Assembly (NCBI GenBank): GCA_951406725.2
Contig: OX597819.1
Coordinates: 111,848,001-111,912,000, forward strand
Direction of reading: 5' to 3'
DNA length: 64,000 nucleotides
Source: Octopus vulgaris
Lineage: Eukaryota
Shown here: piece after piece, positions 1-12,649 of the stretch
Layout: every line of letters starts with the position of its first letter
Position numbering within the stretch: position 1 is the stretch's first letter
The notes under the pieces: model-generated
What the model was told of the DNA's origin: nothing
Seen by the model: only the letters and a program-made list of their open reading frames with translations
Database searches by the model: none
Position numbers and translations under genes: made by a program

Positions 1-319
1 CCTTATTTCTCTATGTGTATTCGAGTGTGCACGTAAACTTGGTTCTCGGCGTTGTCGTTGTGTTTGTTACTGTTGTTGACGTCGTCCTTGTTGTTATATA
101 GTTTTATTAATCAAACTTAATGTTACTTAAACTTGTTTCTATTTTCTCTGCTTCTGCTTCTCCTGTTGCTGGTATGTGGATTTTGGGATTAAAGATGGTG
201 GTAGAAAAATGTCCTGGTAAAAAAGAAAAGACAAATTACTGACATTTACTATACAACAACTATTGGGGTTTTTAGAGCATTTATCATCATTATTTTATCC
301 TCGTCGTATATAAGAACGT

Positions 320-417
<98 letters not shown>

Positions 418-488
418 CAGCAGCAGTAGTAGTGGTGGTGGTGGTGGTGGTGGTGGTGGTGGTGGTGGTGGTGGTAGTAGTAGTAGTC

Positions 489-530
<42 letters not shown>
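320..530. repeat. Compound trinucleotide microsatellite (ATT)n-(AGT)n-(GGT)n-(AGT)n
   Basis: Directly visible; explains ORFs 295..618 and 366..605. Confidence 0.95.
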
Positions 531-1019
531 TGAGAGAGCAGTACATGCCACCAAAGTGACTACTCGTCTGATTAGGGCACACCTTACTCGTTTGATTAGG
601 TACATGCATCACAGTCATATGTGTATGTTATTGATGGCCTCATATCAAGATAAACTGTACATGACATTGCAAGTAGGGCACATAATTTTTTCTTCGGGTC
701 GAGTAGCCCATCCCGCGCAAAAGGTCCCTGAATGAGGGTTGTTTGAGTATGATAAACGAAACACTCATGTTTCCAGAGGTGAATTATTCAAACCCCATAA
801 GAATCCATCTCAATACATAACTATGATGCTTCCCCCTCCCCCGCTACTCCAGCTCGTGGAAAGAGATGCACGTATCGTCAGCCACTCAGGGAGATGTCCA
901 ACTGATTTAGATCAAGCATTCGACAGGCAAATCTGAGATAATGAGCCGAATATTTGCTGTAGTCCATCTTTTACAAGTCAAAACATGTACATGAAGACAC
1001 TACCAATCAGTTAAGATCA
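531..1019 (-). mobile_element. Family C: ~550-bp non-coding interspersed element (internally deleted copy)
   Basis: Reverse complement of 63418-63970 (e.g. catgccaccaaagtgac, gagtagcccatcccgc, ccagaggtgaattattcaaacccc); flanked by trinucleotide tracts. Confidence 0.85.
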
Positions 1020-1038
1020 TGAAACACGATAAACTATT

Positions 1039-1082
<44 letters not shown>

Positions 1083-1103
1083 TATCATCATCCTTATCAT
1101 CAA

Positions 1104-1169
<66 letters not shown>

Positions 1170-1370
1170 GGCTGCGAACTGGCAGAATCATTAGCATGCC
1201 GGACAAAATGCTTAGCAGTATTTCGCCCGTCGCTACGTTCTGAGTTCAAATTCCGCCGAGGTCGACTTTACCTTTCATTCTTTTGGGATCGATAAAATAG
1301 GTACCAGTTGAACACTGGGATCAATGTAATCGACTCATCCTCACCTCCCCCAAGCTGCCCATGTACCAAA
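1170..1370 (+). mobile_element. SINE family A monomer (tRNA-like head + GCCTTTCATCCTTTCGGGGTCGATAAA core)
   Basis: A-box-like TGGCAGAATCATTAG, B-box GAGTTCAAATTCC, shared core; more than 15 related units in the window. Confidence 0.85.
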
Positions 1371-1409
1371 AAAAATTTTAATAATAATGGTAATTATTAG
1401 TATTATTAT

Positions 1410-1946
1410 TGAGTGAGAAAGCATCGCATGCCATCAAAGTGACACTGGGGTACAATTATACGAAGCCCAATATATCCATCATGACTACCCGCCTGATAAG
1501 GGTACACCAGTCACAAGCATCACAACCACATCTGCGCTGATAAACGGTGCATAACCTTGCAGGTGGGGTCCAGTTAGAATTTTCTTGAGATTGAGTAGCC
1601 CAACCCGCTCAAAAGGGACCTGAATAAGGGTTGTTTAAGGGTGATGAACGAAACACCCGTGTTTCCAGAGGTGAATTATTCAAACTCCAAAGAATCCCTC
1701 TCAACACACGGCTATGATGCTCCCCCACTACTTCTGCTAGTGATCAGAGATGCATACATCGTCAGCTACTAAGGGATATGCTCTGCTGGTTATGGTCAAA
1801 CAACTGACAAGCAAATCTGTGGTATTGAGCAGAATATTTGCTGTAGCCCATCTTTTATACCAAGACAAAACAATGTACATGATAATATTTCCAATCAGAT
1901 AAGATTAGAATCCATGAGAGCCATTGCCTAGTACTGCATCAGAGCA
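1410..1946 (-). mobile_element. Family C element, near full length
   Basis: Reverse complement of 63418-63970 over its whole length; (ATT)n on the left, (CAT)n/(ATT)n on the right. Confidence 0.9.
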
Positions 1947-1961
1947 ATTATTTTCTAGATC

Positions 1962-2021
<60 letters not shown>

Positions 2022-2032
2022 TATTATTATTA

Positions 2033-2087
<55 letters not shown>

Positions 2088-2272
2088 GGTGACGAACTGG
2101 CAGAATCGTTAGCATGCTGGATGAAACGATTAGCGGTATTTCGCCTGTTGCTACGTTCTGAGTTCAAATTCTGTCGAGGTCGACTTTGCCTTTCATCCTT
2201 TCGGAGGTTGATGTAATCGACTAGTCCCCTCGAACCAAATTTCCGGCCTTGTTCCTTTAGTAGAAAGGATTA
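2088..2272 (+). mobile_element. SINE family A monomer with 'R' tail (ccttgttcctttagtagaaaggattatt)
   Basis: Head, B-box and core match the other family A copies; sits in (ATT)n. Confidence 0.85.
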
Positions 2273-2307
2273 TTAATATTATCATCATCATCATCATCAT
2301 CATCATC

Positions 2308-2351
<44 letters not shown>

Positions 2352-2414
2352 CATCATTATCATCATCATTATCATCATCATCATCATTATTATCTTTATC
2401 ATTATTACTATTAC

Positions 2415-2472
<58 letters not shown>

Positions 2473-2474
2473 TC

Positions 2475-4890
2475 GAGTTGCCACTGGTAAACGTATCGTT
2501 TGCAGGTAGGTGAGTTTGGGAAATATATCGGATCACTTTTGGAAAATAGATGGGCTTTGTTTTTATTTATTCGTTTTCGTTTATTTATTCATTTATTTTG
2601 TGTCGTGTGTCGTGTTTATGTGTATTTTACCTAATTTTCTGAGAAAATCCCAATGTATTAGCGGCAAGGAAGTTACCACAAGACAGTAAGACAGACAAAT
2701 TTGTCAAGAAAATAGAGTAATCGCAAGCGAAAGTTTCAAATTTAGCTTTCCTAGCGTGTTCAATCAAAAAGAATCGACGGACTTAGGCCTACTTCCAAGC
2801 GTATTAATAACATGGGAGAGCTTTTTTATCCGAAGCATGTATTCAGAAACGAGGGAGAATATTTGCATGTATAGAAAAAAGCAATTAGAATCTCTGGCTG
2901 ATATATGGCACGATGATATTCCATCCACTGAGGCAGAATATATAGAAGTGTGTGCGTAGTTTTCAAGACTGAAATAGAGGAGAACCAGCAAGTTAAACCG
3001 TTGCACCAAACGCCTGAGTATATGCAGAAGATGCCGCAATATATGGAGCAACGGAATACAGTGGTTGCGCCTAAAGATATTGGCAGAGACGTTTATACCA
3101 TTAGTCCGTTGTCACTTTTATGGCACAGTATTAGCAAGTGTAAATGCAGAGGTAATAAGAATATGTGCTCGGGTGGGATCTGTATTAATATGTGAATCCT
3201 GCGAAATACTCGAAGACCGAAAAGGTTGTTAGTAGTTGTACTTTCGTATGGGTACAGAGCGAAAAGGAATTAGACTTCTGGTGCTGGGCCAAAAGCCTAA
3301 TTGCTATGAGTGCGGAAGAAAGTGCTACATGAGGGTCTCCAGCCCAAGGGAGATGGGAAAGCAGAGACTGTAACATCAGCAACAACAAAACCGAGAAATT
3401 AGTGTTTGGCAGTTCTAACATGTCGGAAAACACACGTAATCCTCAATACCAGGAGGTTGAAGGGTCTCCTCCCTGTTGTACCGCCCCATCGTCTTACAGT
3501 TTCTGAAGAATCAGAAGCTGTAGACGGGATTGCAAAAAAAGACACTAAAAAGAAAACAAATGAACCTAAACCGAAGGCGTGTACGGTATATGAAGAGAAG
3601 ACCTTCCTGGAGCAACTTAAGATTCACTGTTCTACGGAGAAACAACGAGTTCGTTAGAGAAATGGTGAAGGGTTTAAAGAACATGATGAATATGATGTAC
3701 TGGCTAAGGGGTTGAAGAAAAGAACACAGAACCAGAATTCAGTCACCATTACAATGTTCATCGCTATCCTTGTCAAATCACACGCCAATCACTAAAAAAA
3801 TTAAAGACACTCTGTTATGCGTTGTTTCTTAATTATATGAAAATTCAGGATCGTCACATTTGGAAAGCTTCCTGTCAGAAGTCTTCTGGAACAGGATTGA
3901 TCTTCGCCTGAGCAACAATTACAATTTAAATAGTACATCAACCAAGCCAAACCACAAAATCTGCCAACACAGCAATCCAACCATTTTACTAATCCTACCA
4001 ATTCATCAAAACAACGCACAAAACCTGCCAACTCACCAACCAAGCCAACACATCAATCTGTCATCTGACCAACTAAGCAACACAGCATTCCTGACAACAA
4101 ACCAACACTACCAACACACCAATTCTGCCAACTTACGAGCCAAGCTAACACAAAAATCCTGTCAACTTATCAACTAAACAATACAGCAGTACGGACAAAA
4201 AACTGACCCTACCAACACACCAATCATGCAACCAACACTTCAAACGTGCCAACCTGTCAACCTGCCAAGAGAGCAATCCTGCCAATCAATACACTAACTT
4301 TGCCAAGGCGCCAACAGACTACAATTCCAGACAACCGACATCTATATACCAATACTGTAACTCAAGAAGCTGGCAAAATTCAAATTCGCCAGCAGCAAAA
4401 GAACCCAGGAATCTCACATCAACCTACCCAACCCATACAAACACTGAGAGCCAGCACTAATACAACCAACTTTCCCAGCAAAATCACATACATCAATCAT
4501 ACTAATGCGCCAATCACCAACTTAACCAACCAACCAACCAACCAACCCACACCAACAGAGTCAAACCACATAAAAAATCAGCAAACCCACATAAACCAGT
4601 CATATCAACAACTGCCAAATTATCAAACATAAAATCAAATCAAATCAAAGAATCAATTTACAAATAATTGAACAAATAAAAAAAAACAACCACAGTAGCA
4701 ACAATAACAACAACAACGACAACAAAAACAACAGCAACAACAACAGCATGAAGAAGCAGTAGAAGTTGAGGAGTTGTTGTTATTGCTAATATCGATCAGT
4801 TACTTTCTCCGAAGTGAACATTTCTTCGAACAAATTGCTGACTTCGCTATTTTTAAATATATTTCAAATGTATATTTTAACAGACATATC
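2475..4890 (+). mobile_element. Degenerate ORF1-only (gag-like) retroposon with C/A-rich 3' region
   Basis: Frame at ~3263-3345 reads KGIRLLVLGQKPNCYECGRKCYMRVSSP, a decayed CX2CX4HX4C knuckle homologous to 47490-47570. T-rich 5' region. The 3' end (4630-4880) is homologous to 8180-8430 on the minus strand. Confidence 0.6.
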
Positions 4891-4999
4891 TGTTATATAT
4901 GTGTTTGTACTTGTCTAAAATATAATACTACTGCTGGGTAGCACCGGGCGAAATCCGAAGGTGGACAAGCTTTATATTCTAAAGACAAATCAGCCCAGT

Positions 5000-5121
5000 A
5001 CTGTTTTTACCTTAAAGACTGGCACTTATGGCACTTATTCTATCGATCTATTTTGCCGAAATGTTATGACACAAGAACATAAACAAATTAAGCAGTGGTG
5101 GTGACAAACACCAAGGTGCAT

Positions 5122-5177
<56 letters not shown>

Positions 5178-5322
5178 GACGAGCTTCCACGCAGTTTCCC
5201 CTGAATTCATTCACAAAGCATTGATAGATCAAAAGCTACAATAGGAGAAATTTGCCCAAGGTGCCGCGCAGTGGGACTACGTAATTGCGAAGCGAACGTC
5301 TCAACCATGCAGCCACGCCATA
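5000..5322 (-). mobile_element. SINE family B (tRNA head, CORE-like CCTTGGGCAAGTG, internal microsatellite), degraded
   Basis: ttgcccaaggtgccgcgcagtgggact and accatgcagccacgcc match 59506-59907. Confidence 0.75.
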
Positions 5323-5969
5323 CAGTCAGTGATGAGGATTGTAATAGTGATGATGGTGACGTTAGGGATAATGAAAAGGGTGATAATGGTAGCAAGGTGA
5401 CAGTCTTAATATTCATTTTTGCTTTACTATTTTAACAGCGTTTGTCTGAATCATACATGGTTGTCCTCAACGGCCGTTTGGATTAACCTTATTTCTCTGC
5501 TGTCTAAAAGAGGCACTCTTAGTTTTACTGCTGACATGATAGTGAAGGGGCAAAATTTTCCTTGTTTTGATATCTAAGATGTGTTCACTTCAGGTATCCA
5601 GTCCGGTATCCCAAATGGTACACACAAGCTCTGTTCTTGTAAAAGTGTTCTGAAAGTGATGTAAAAGGAGTAAAGCACTGACTTCCATCCTTCCGAAGAA
5701 GTTCGATGTAGTAAATTTTTGTCACTCGACATTTATTCACAGCATGTATATAAAAATATATGTACTTTAGTGTATGTACGTACGTACGTATGTACGTATG
5801 TATGTATGTATGTATGTATGTATGTATGTATGTATGTATGTATGTATGTATGTATGTATGTATGTATGTATGTGTATGTGTGTATGTGCTTGTGTATCTA
5901 CACATGTAAGCATTTACGTATGTGCGTATGCATGAACGCATTTATAGGTGTGTATGTATGTATGTATAT

Positions 5970-6197
5970 ACGACAGGCTGAACCGTCCTTAGACGATGTA
6001 CGAGGATTCGACAATTTCTTACCGAACAACCACACATGATTTGTTTACAGTGATCAAATGTTTGTGTAGACATAAGATCGCTTCCTCCATCAGTTCGACA
6101 TTACCTGCACAGGTGCAACGGGTGTCACATGTCAAACGTCGAAATGATCTCGTAATCGTGACTGCAACACCTTAACCACCAAGTCATGCGCCTTCAC
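5970..6197 (-). mobile_element. tRNA-headed SINE, separate family (degraded)
   Basis: Minus strand starts gtgaaggcgcatgacttggtggttaaggtgttgcagtcacgattacgagatc (A-box-like tRNA 5' half). Confidence 0.5.
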
Positions 6198-6214
6198 TGC
6201 ATATATATATATAT

Positions 6215-6351
6215 ATTAAAAATTAATCAAAGGACATACTAAGTATATCTACCTGCGGGAAATAACAGTGAAAACTCTTATTTAGATAAGAGTTTTGACT
6301 GTTATTTCCAGCAAGTAGACATAGTTAGTATGTCTTTTGATTAATTTTAAT
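6215..6351. repeat. Near-perfect palindrome / MITE-like hairpin (~65-bp arms, ~4-nt loop)
   Basis: attaaaaattaatcaaaggacatact...aaaactcttat ttag ataagagtttt...agtatgtcttttgattaattttaat. Confidence 0.85.
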
Positions 6352-6503
6352 CCTTCAAATATTTAATGCTTGGTGGGGGGCTGCAATCGCCTATATGATT
6401 GATTCTGTTATTATCATTTTTAAATTGTTACACTAGATAATAATAGAGTCAATGATGTTTTCGCAAATATTTTCTCATGAATTATTTGTTCCATATATAT
6501 TTT

Positions 6504-6622
<119 letters not shown>

Positions 6623-7018
6623 TCGATATATATATACACATACATACGCATGTATGTATGTATATGTGTATGTATGTATGTATGTATGTATGTATGTATG
6701 TATGTATGTATGTATATGTGCCAACTTTCTGCTATCAGCATTTCCAAAAAGTATGATTGATCCTACACAAGCTTTTACCTCTGAATACAAATCAACATTG
6801 GGGAGTCTAACAACTAGGCTGTTGGACCCTCATACGTGGACAGTGACAAGAGAATCCACTATATGTACTTACGTGAGTATTTACATGTATAAGTAATCAT
6901 GGGAAAAGAATACTCTGTCCTGAAACCTGCGATGCTTGTAGTCTTTAGCTATGCTTGTCGCTAATTTAACAGTTCCGGACATTTTTGGGGAATATCACTC
7001 ATCTTACATTAGTATTTG

Positions 7019-7480
7019 GCGAGTGGCACGCATGTCAGACAAGCGTTTAACGAGTATCACTCACGCATATTACAGAAACGTTTAACGAGTGCTCATGTCA
7101 CAGAAGTGGTGCTCATGAGTGGTACTCATGTCACAGACGCGTTTAACGAGTAGTGCTCATATCACACAAGCGTTTAAAGAAGGGCACCTCATGTCACAAG
7201 CGTTTAGTGAGTGATACTCATGTCATGCAAGCGTTTAGGAATGGCACACATGTCACATAAGCGTTTAGCAAGTGGGACTCGTGTCATGCAAGCGTTTAGC
7301 CAGTGGTGCTCATAACACACAAGCATTTAACGAAGGGCAACTCATGTCACGCAAGCGTTTAGCAAGTGGTATTCGTGTCATGCATGCGTTTAGGAATGGC
7401 ACTCATGTTGCACAAGCGTTTAGTGAGTGATACTCATGTCACAGAAGCGTATAGCGAGTGGCACTCATATCGCACGAGTG
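7019..7480. repeat. ~31-bp minisatellite, about 15 diverged units
   Basis: Consensus approx. GAGTGGCACTCATGTCACACAAGCGTTTAGC; the motif aagcgttta recurs every 30-32 nt. Confidence 0.9.
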
Positions 7481-8060
7481 TTTCTCTCTATCAAATTCGA
7501 TGAGCCGGAATTTACTGCCCGACATATTTCCCAGTGCAATTCAAAATTCGAATCCCTTGGCATCACAGACGGGCAGCGAACCTTTCTTTGCCTCACTGAG
7601 AGAATTATCATAACTTCCACGTTATTCTCGGCAGTGATTTTGCTGTCACTCGCACGGCTCCGGATTATTTTGAAGAGCTGTCGTTGAATCGAAGGCGAGA
7701 GGTCTTGCTCTTGTCATATTTCATCATCCTGAGAGGCCATGACAGAAAGACTCTAGTCTTTTAAAGAAGAGAGGAAAGGAAAAGCAGAATATGAACATCA
7801 TCGACAGAGAGACGACAACTACCATTTATGTATCAAAATTCCATCTAAATACTTAAACAGCCACACACATATACGATTATGCATAAATATGCACATATAG
7901 TTACATACCTACAAAGAGTTACATTGACATACACACATACACACACCCGCATATTATAATATATATGTATGTACATGCACACACATATATATGTGTGTGC
8001 GTGTATATATATATATATGTATATATATGTGCAAACACATATGTATATATATATATGTAC

Positions 8061-8118
<58 letters not shown>

Positions 8119-8164
8119 TACATACATACACGCACATAGGCACACATACAACATAATATCCGCT

Positions 8165-8835
8165 TAAGAAAACCATTTTGGCAACAGACATAAGAATGTT
8201 GAAATATATATTTAAAAATAGCAAAGCCAGCAATTTGTTGGTAGAAACGACCATTTCATAGAGAGTAGTCGATCGATATTAACAATAACAACTTCTGCTG
8301 CTTCTTTAATGTTCCTGCTCTGGTCGTCGTCATCGTCGTCGTCGTCATCGCTGTTGTTGTTGTTGTTATTGTTGTTTGATTTATTTGTTTATTGGTATTT
8401 TGATTTGATTTGATTTCATGCTTGATTATCTGGCAGTTTGTTGTTGATATAATTGGTTTGTGGTGGGTTTGTGGTGGGTTTTTTTTTTCCGGGTTAGCGT
8501 GGGTTGGCTGCAGTTTTTTTTTTTTTTTTTTTGTGTAGGTTAGACACGTTGGTGAGGGGTTAACTGTGTCGGTGTGGAGTACCGGCGTGGTTTGTGTGAT
8601 CTGGTGGTGTTGGGTAGGTCTGTGCATAGTCTGGGGCTAGTACGGGTTAGTGTGTCGATGCGTTGGTACGGTTGGTGTGTTGCTAAGTTGGCTCGTTTGC
8701 TGTTTTGTTGCAATGGTTTAGGTTTTGTGTCGTTTGACATCACTCCACCGACCCGCACATTTTTCACATCCATTCTTGTATCTGGAGTAATAAGACCATT
8801 GATTTTTACCTTACCGACACAGAACACCATTAATT
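8165..8835 (-). mobile_element. Truncated copy of the ORF1-only retroposon (3' region)
   Basis: Shares aaatcaaatcaaatcaaa...gaagcag.agaagttg..ttattg.taatatcgatc...aacaaattgctg.ctt.gctatttttaaatatat with 4630-4870. Confidence 0.7.
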
Positions 8836-8929
8836 TCCTAAGACTCCATTGTATTGCTGCTTGGTGTTAAACTTCTTGTCTATAGGCGTCGCTATATTGT
8901 ACTATATTATAGTATAACTCATTACCCTT

Positions 8930-10725
8930 ATACAAAATGACTAGAAAGACATTGTCAAGTAGAAATGAAGGCAGAAATATGAAAAGGAGTCATAAAGGCA
9001 TTACGGGGAGTATGAAAATTGATGTTTTACAAAGATTTGGAGCGGCGGATGTAGCGTGAGGGGACTTAGTCATATTGCTAATAGAGCCTACAGCTTCTTA
9101 CAATAGAGCCTATAGCTTCTATTGTAAGAACAATATGTGATAATAAAGGCAAAATAAATCATGTGCTCAAATAGCTACTTCGTTATCTATCTGAGCATTG
9201 TTTTACTTTTGTTATTTTCCCTAGATCTAATGTGATGCTTAATTTGAAACGGCTACTGCGTGTGTGGCTTGACGATGAGACTAGGCGTAATACACTGATA
9301 AACACAGTAGTTATTCAAACGAAAGTTTAAAGTTTTTATGACGTTTTGAAGATGAAAGGAAGATGCAACTTCTTACGCAAAATCTGTTTTGGTTAGTAAA
9401 AGCTGGTTTGAGATTTTTAAGGAGCTCTTTGATTTACAAAACATTAAAATTACCAGCGAAACCGATGTTGATACTGAGGCTGCAGCTAATTACTTATATC
9501 GAGGAGCTGAAGAAAATTATTGATAAATGAGGCTATTTACCAGATATAATAAAAGTGCATGGCTGCTAGTTCTTTTATTTCTAATGACAAAAAGAATCAG
9601 CATCTGTAATTAAAGATTCCAAAAATCGCCTAACGCTTCTGGTGGGAAGAAATATTGCTTTTCTCTTGGCGAACATCGGTGTCGTGGAGACGAGAGACTT
9701 CCTTGCGTGCACAAGAGTAACTTTTCCAAGAAAATCTTTCATAGGTCTGCGCTTTTTGAGGGGAACTTTTAATGTGAATATATTCAACTGTCTATACTGA
9801 CGATAACGTAATCACACACACAAACACACACACCATATATATATGGGGAGAGAGAGAGAAAGAGAGGGGAGAGTCAGAGAGAGATAGGAGATAGATAGAT
9901 AAATAGAGAGAGAGAGAGAGAGAGACATACTGCATCACACATGTTGCGAAGCTTTACGTTCTTGCAAATCTTGTAATGTGGAATTGCTAATGACATGGAA
10001 TTATCTTCAGTGCATATCACTTCGAAACTTCAAGGGATCTTAAGGGCTACACTATGTTTAATATACATGTAAACTGATGTTTAAAAAGTAAGTGTTGTAT
10101 GACTACGATCCTTTTCGTAAACTTGTTTAAAATCACTTTTGGTTCTGAAGCAGAAAGATACAATGATAGGTGTAATATACCCAACAAACTACTACTCAGA
10201 TTAGACAATGGACAATGGACATCCATTGAATTTATATGGTGTTTCTGTTAAGAGAGAGCTGAGTATATCCCCAAGAACACAACCTCATGGCTTCAACCAA
10301 CAGATCAAGATGCGATAGATTATTCCATTGCATGTTATCTGAAAACTTTAAAACAACTGATAAAAGCAGTTGGTGGGAACAGACCTACAATTGGAGACTT
10401 CTTGAAAAGGTTCAACATTAGGGTTGCTGTGAACAACATCGCTTAGACAAAGTGAAACCCTTAGTTATGGGGTAAAATGAAACCCTCAGTTATTAATTAG
10501 TGTTTGGAAAAATATATGGTTAGCCTGTATTCGTGATTTTACAGGCTTTCACTCTGCAAAAAGGTTACATTAAAGGCATTGTGGCACTGGCAATTAATGG
10601 AGCGTCTGAAGAAGTCTTAAATGATGTAACCGAGTGCTACAATCCTCAAATCCTCTAATAAGGATTTCATGATTTCAGAACAAGAGGAACCGGCAACAGA
10701 ACAAGAATTGGCTACAAAAGTTCCA
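8930..10725 (+). mobile_element. pogo/Tigger DNA transposon remnant (pseudogenised transposase)
   Basis: Fragments LRVWLDDETRRNT, KDSKNRLTLLVGRNIA, YHFETSRDLKGY and EYIPKNTTSWLQPTDQ match Tigger KASKDRLTLLLGGNA, YHSENPRALKG and LPPNTTSxLQPxDQG. Many stops and frameshifts; interrupted at 9660-9982. Confidence 0.85.
9654..9988 (-). repeat. Inverted local duplicate of 11887-12256 inserted in the Tigger ORF
   Basis: Reverse-complement match including the (CA), (TA) and (GA) tracts; ATTGCT at both junctions. Confidence 0.85.
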
Positions 10726-10758
10726 TACATTATAATTATTTGAGTGCATAGAAAATAG

Positions 10759-11363
10759 TTTTCTACTCTAAGCACAAGGCACGAGATGGGGAGCGCAGTC
10801 GATTAGATCGACCCCAGTACGCAACTGGTACTTATTTAATCGACCCCGAAAGGATGAAAGGCAAAGTCCACCTCGGCGGAATTTGAACTCAGAACGTAAA
10901 GATAGACGAAATACTGTTAAGAATTTCGCCCGGCATGCTAACGTTTCTTATTTCTTTATTGCCCACAAGGGGCTTAACATAGAGAGGACAAACAAGGACA
11001 GACAAATGGATTAAGTCGATTATATCGACCCCAGTGCGTAACTGGTACTTATTTAATCGACCCCGAAAGGATGAAATGCAAAGTTGACCTCAGCAGAATT
11101 TGAACTCAGAACGTAGCGGCAGACGAAATACCTATTTCGTTACTACCCACAAGGGGCTAAACACAGAGAGGACAAACAAGGATAGACAAACGGATTAAGT
11201 CGATTATATCGACCCCAGTGCGTAACTGGTACTTATTTAATCGACCCCGAAAGGATGAAAGGCAAAGTCGACCTCGGCAGAATTTGAACTCAGCTCGTAG
11301 CGACAGACGAAATATTGCTAAGCATTTCGCCCGGCGTGCTAATGTTTCTGCCAGCTCGCCGAC
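10759..11363 (-). mobile_element. SINE family A trimer
   Basis: Head + three cores; TSD-like ttgagtgca(t/a)agaa(a/t)atag at 10740-10758 and 11364-11382. Confidence 0.9.
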
Positions 11364-11950
11364 TTGAGTGCAAAGAATATAGGCAAAGGTCTGGAAATTT
11401 TTGTTCAGAATCATTTCATAAAGTGAATAAAAAAAACTTACAAGAGTTCAGAATGACCTCAGTTTTTACAGCGAACTGTATAAGAAATGGTAGTACTCTT
11501 CAATTCAAACATCTTTGATTAAGTTCTTCACTGCTGTAGCAGATGTTAATGATAATGACCTAAAGGGCAGAAGATAGTGCCTTTCTTCTTCCCAATTACT
11601 CAATTTGCATCACCCCCGGTCACACACCAGTCGACATTTGTGTGGTGAATATTATTGTATCCTTATTTATTCCCAACTGAGTTGTCTTCAAATGCATATT
11701 CCAGACATACTACGTATATTTAAAAATTGATTTCATGCATAAAAGTTGTCGATTTTTTTTGTTTTTGTTTGTTATTTTTGTTTTTTGTTCTTTTTTTTGT
11801 TGTTGTTTTTTTCTCGAAAATATCCGTCGGGACGCTTGTTAATTTACGATATGGAAATCGATGGGAAAATATCTTTCGCGCTACGGAATTCCACATTTCA
11901 AGATTTGCAAAAACGTAAAGCTTCGCCACATGGGTGATGCAGTATGTATG

Positions 11951-12011
<61 letters not shown>

Positions 12012-12048
12012 TTATCTATCTATCTCCTATCTCTCTATGACTCTCCCC

Positions 12049-12081
<33 letters not shown>

Positions 12082-12649
12082 GGTGTGTGTGTGTGATTAC
12101 GTTATCGTCAGTTAAAGACAGTAGGAAATATATTTTCACTAAAACTTCCCCTCTAAAAGCGCAGACCTACGAAAGATTTTCTTGGAAAAGTTACCCTTGT
12201 CCATGTAAGGAAGTGTCTCGTCTCCACGACACCAATGTTCGCCAAGAGAAAAGCAAATACCTCTATATGTAAATGTATATATATATTGTACACATACACA
12301 CACACACACACACACACAACACGCATGCACACACGCACGCACACACGTACGTTTGGATCTACAGTAGAAAGTGTCCTCAAAGCACGTAGGAAATTTTATA
12401 GCTGTTCATAACACCATTGCTTTATTAAGCAGTAATGAATCTTGATTGAACAGGAGAATGATCAGAATAGATACGTCCTAGGCGTAACCAAGCGGCCTTA
12501 TATTTCAAACACTGTGCCTCTAAGACTATATTTAAAAATTTCCCTGCTCTTTTTTGTTTGTAATTTGAAGGAAACTCTGCTGGTATTTCTAGAAGGTCGA
12601 GCGACTTTATATTCTTCGTTTATTTATGTCTTCCATTTGTTTATCTTTC

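Noticed and set aside
3860-4632. Q/T/N/P-rich ORFs as a mucin-like gene
   Set aside because: C/A-rich strand bias suppresses stops; the region is the 3' part of a repeated element, and frames are not conserved in the 8165-8835 copy.
5585-5740. Shared KDGSQ peptide with 16790-16830 (-), and EQPW shared by 16340 and 20110, as paralogous exons
   Set aside because: Matches are only 4-5 residues with no extendable alignment; compatible with chance.
7019-7480. CRISPR-like periodic array
   Set aside because: Units are contiguous, mutually similar 31-mers with no unique spacers; no cas genes; eukaryotic context.
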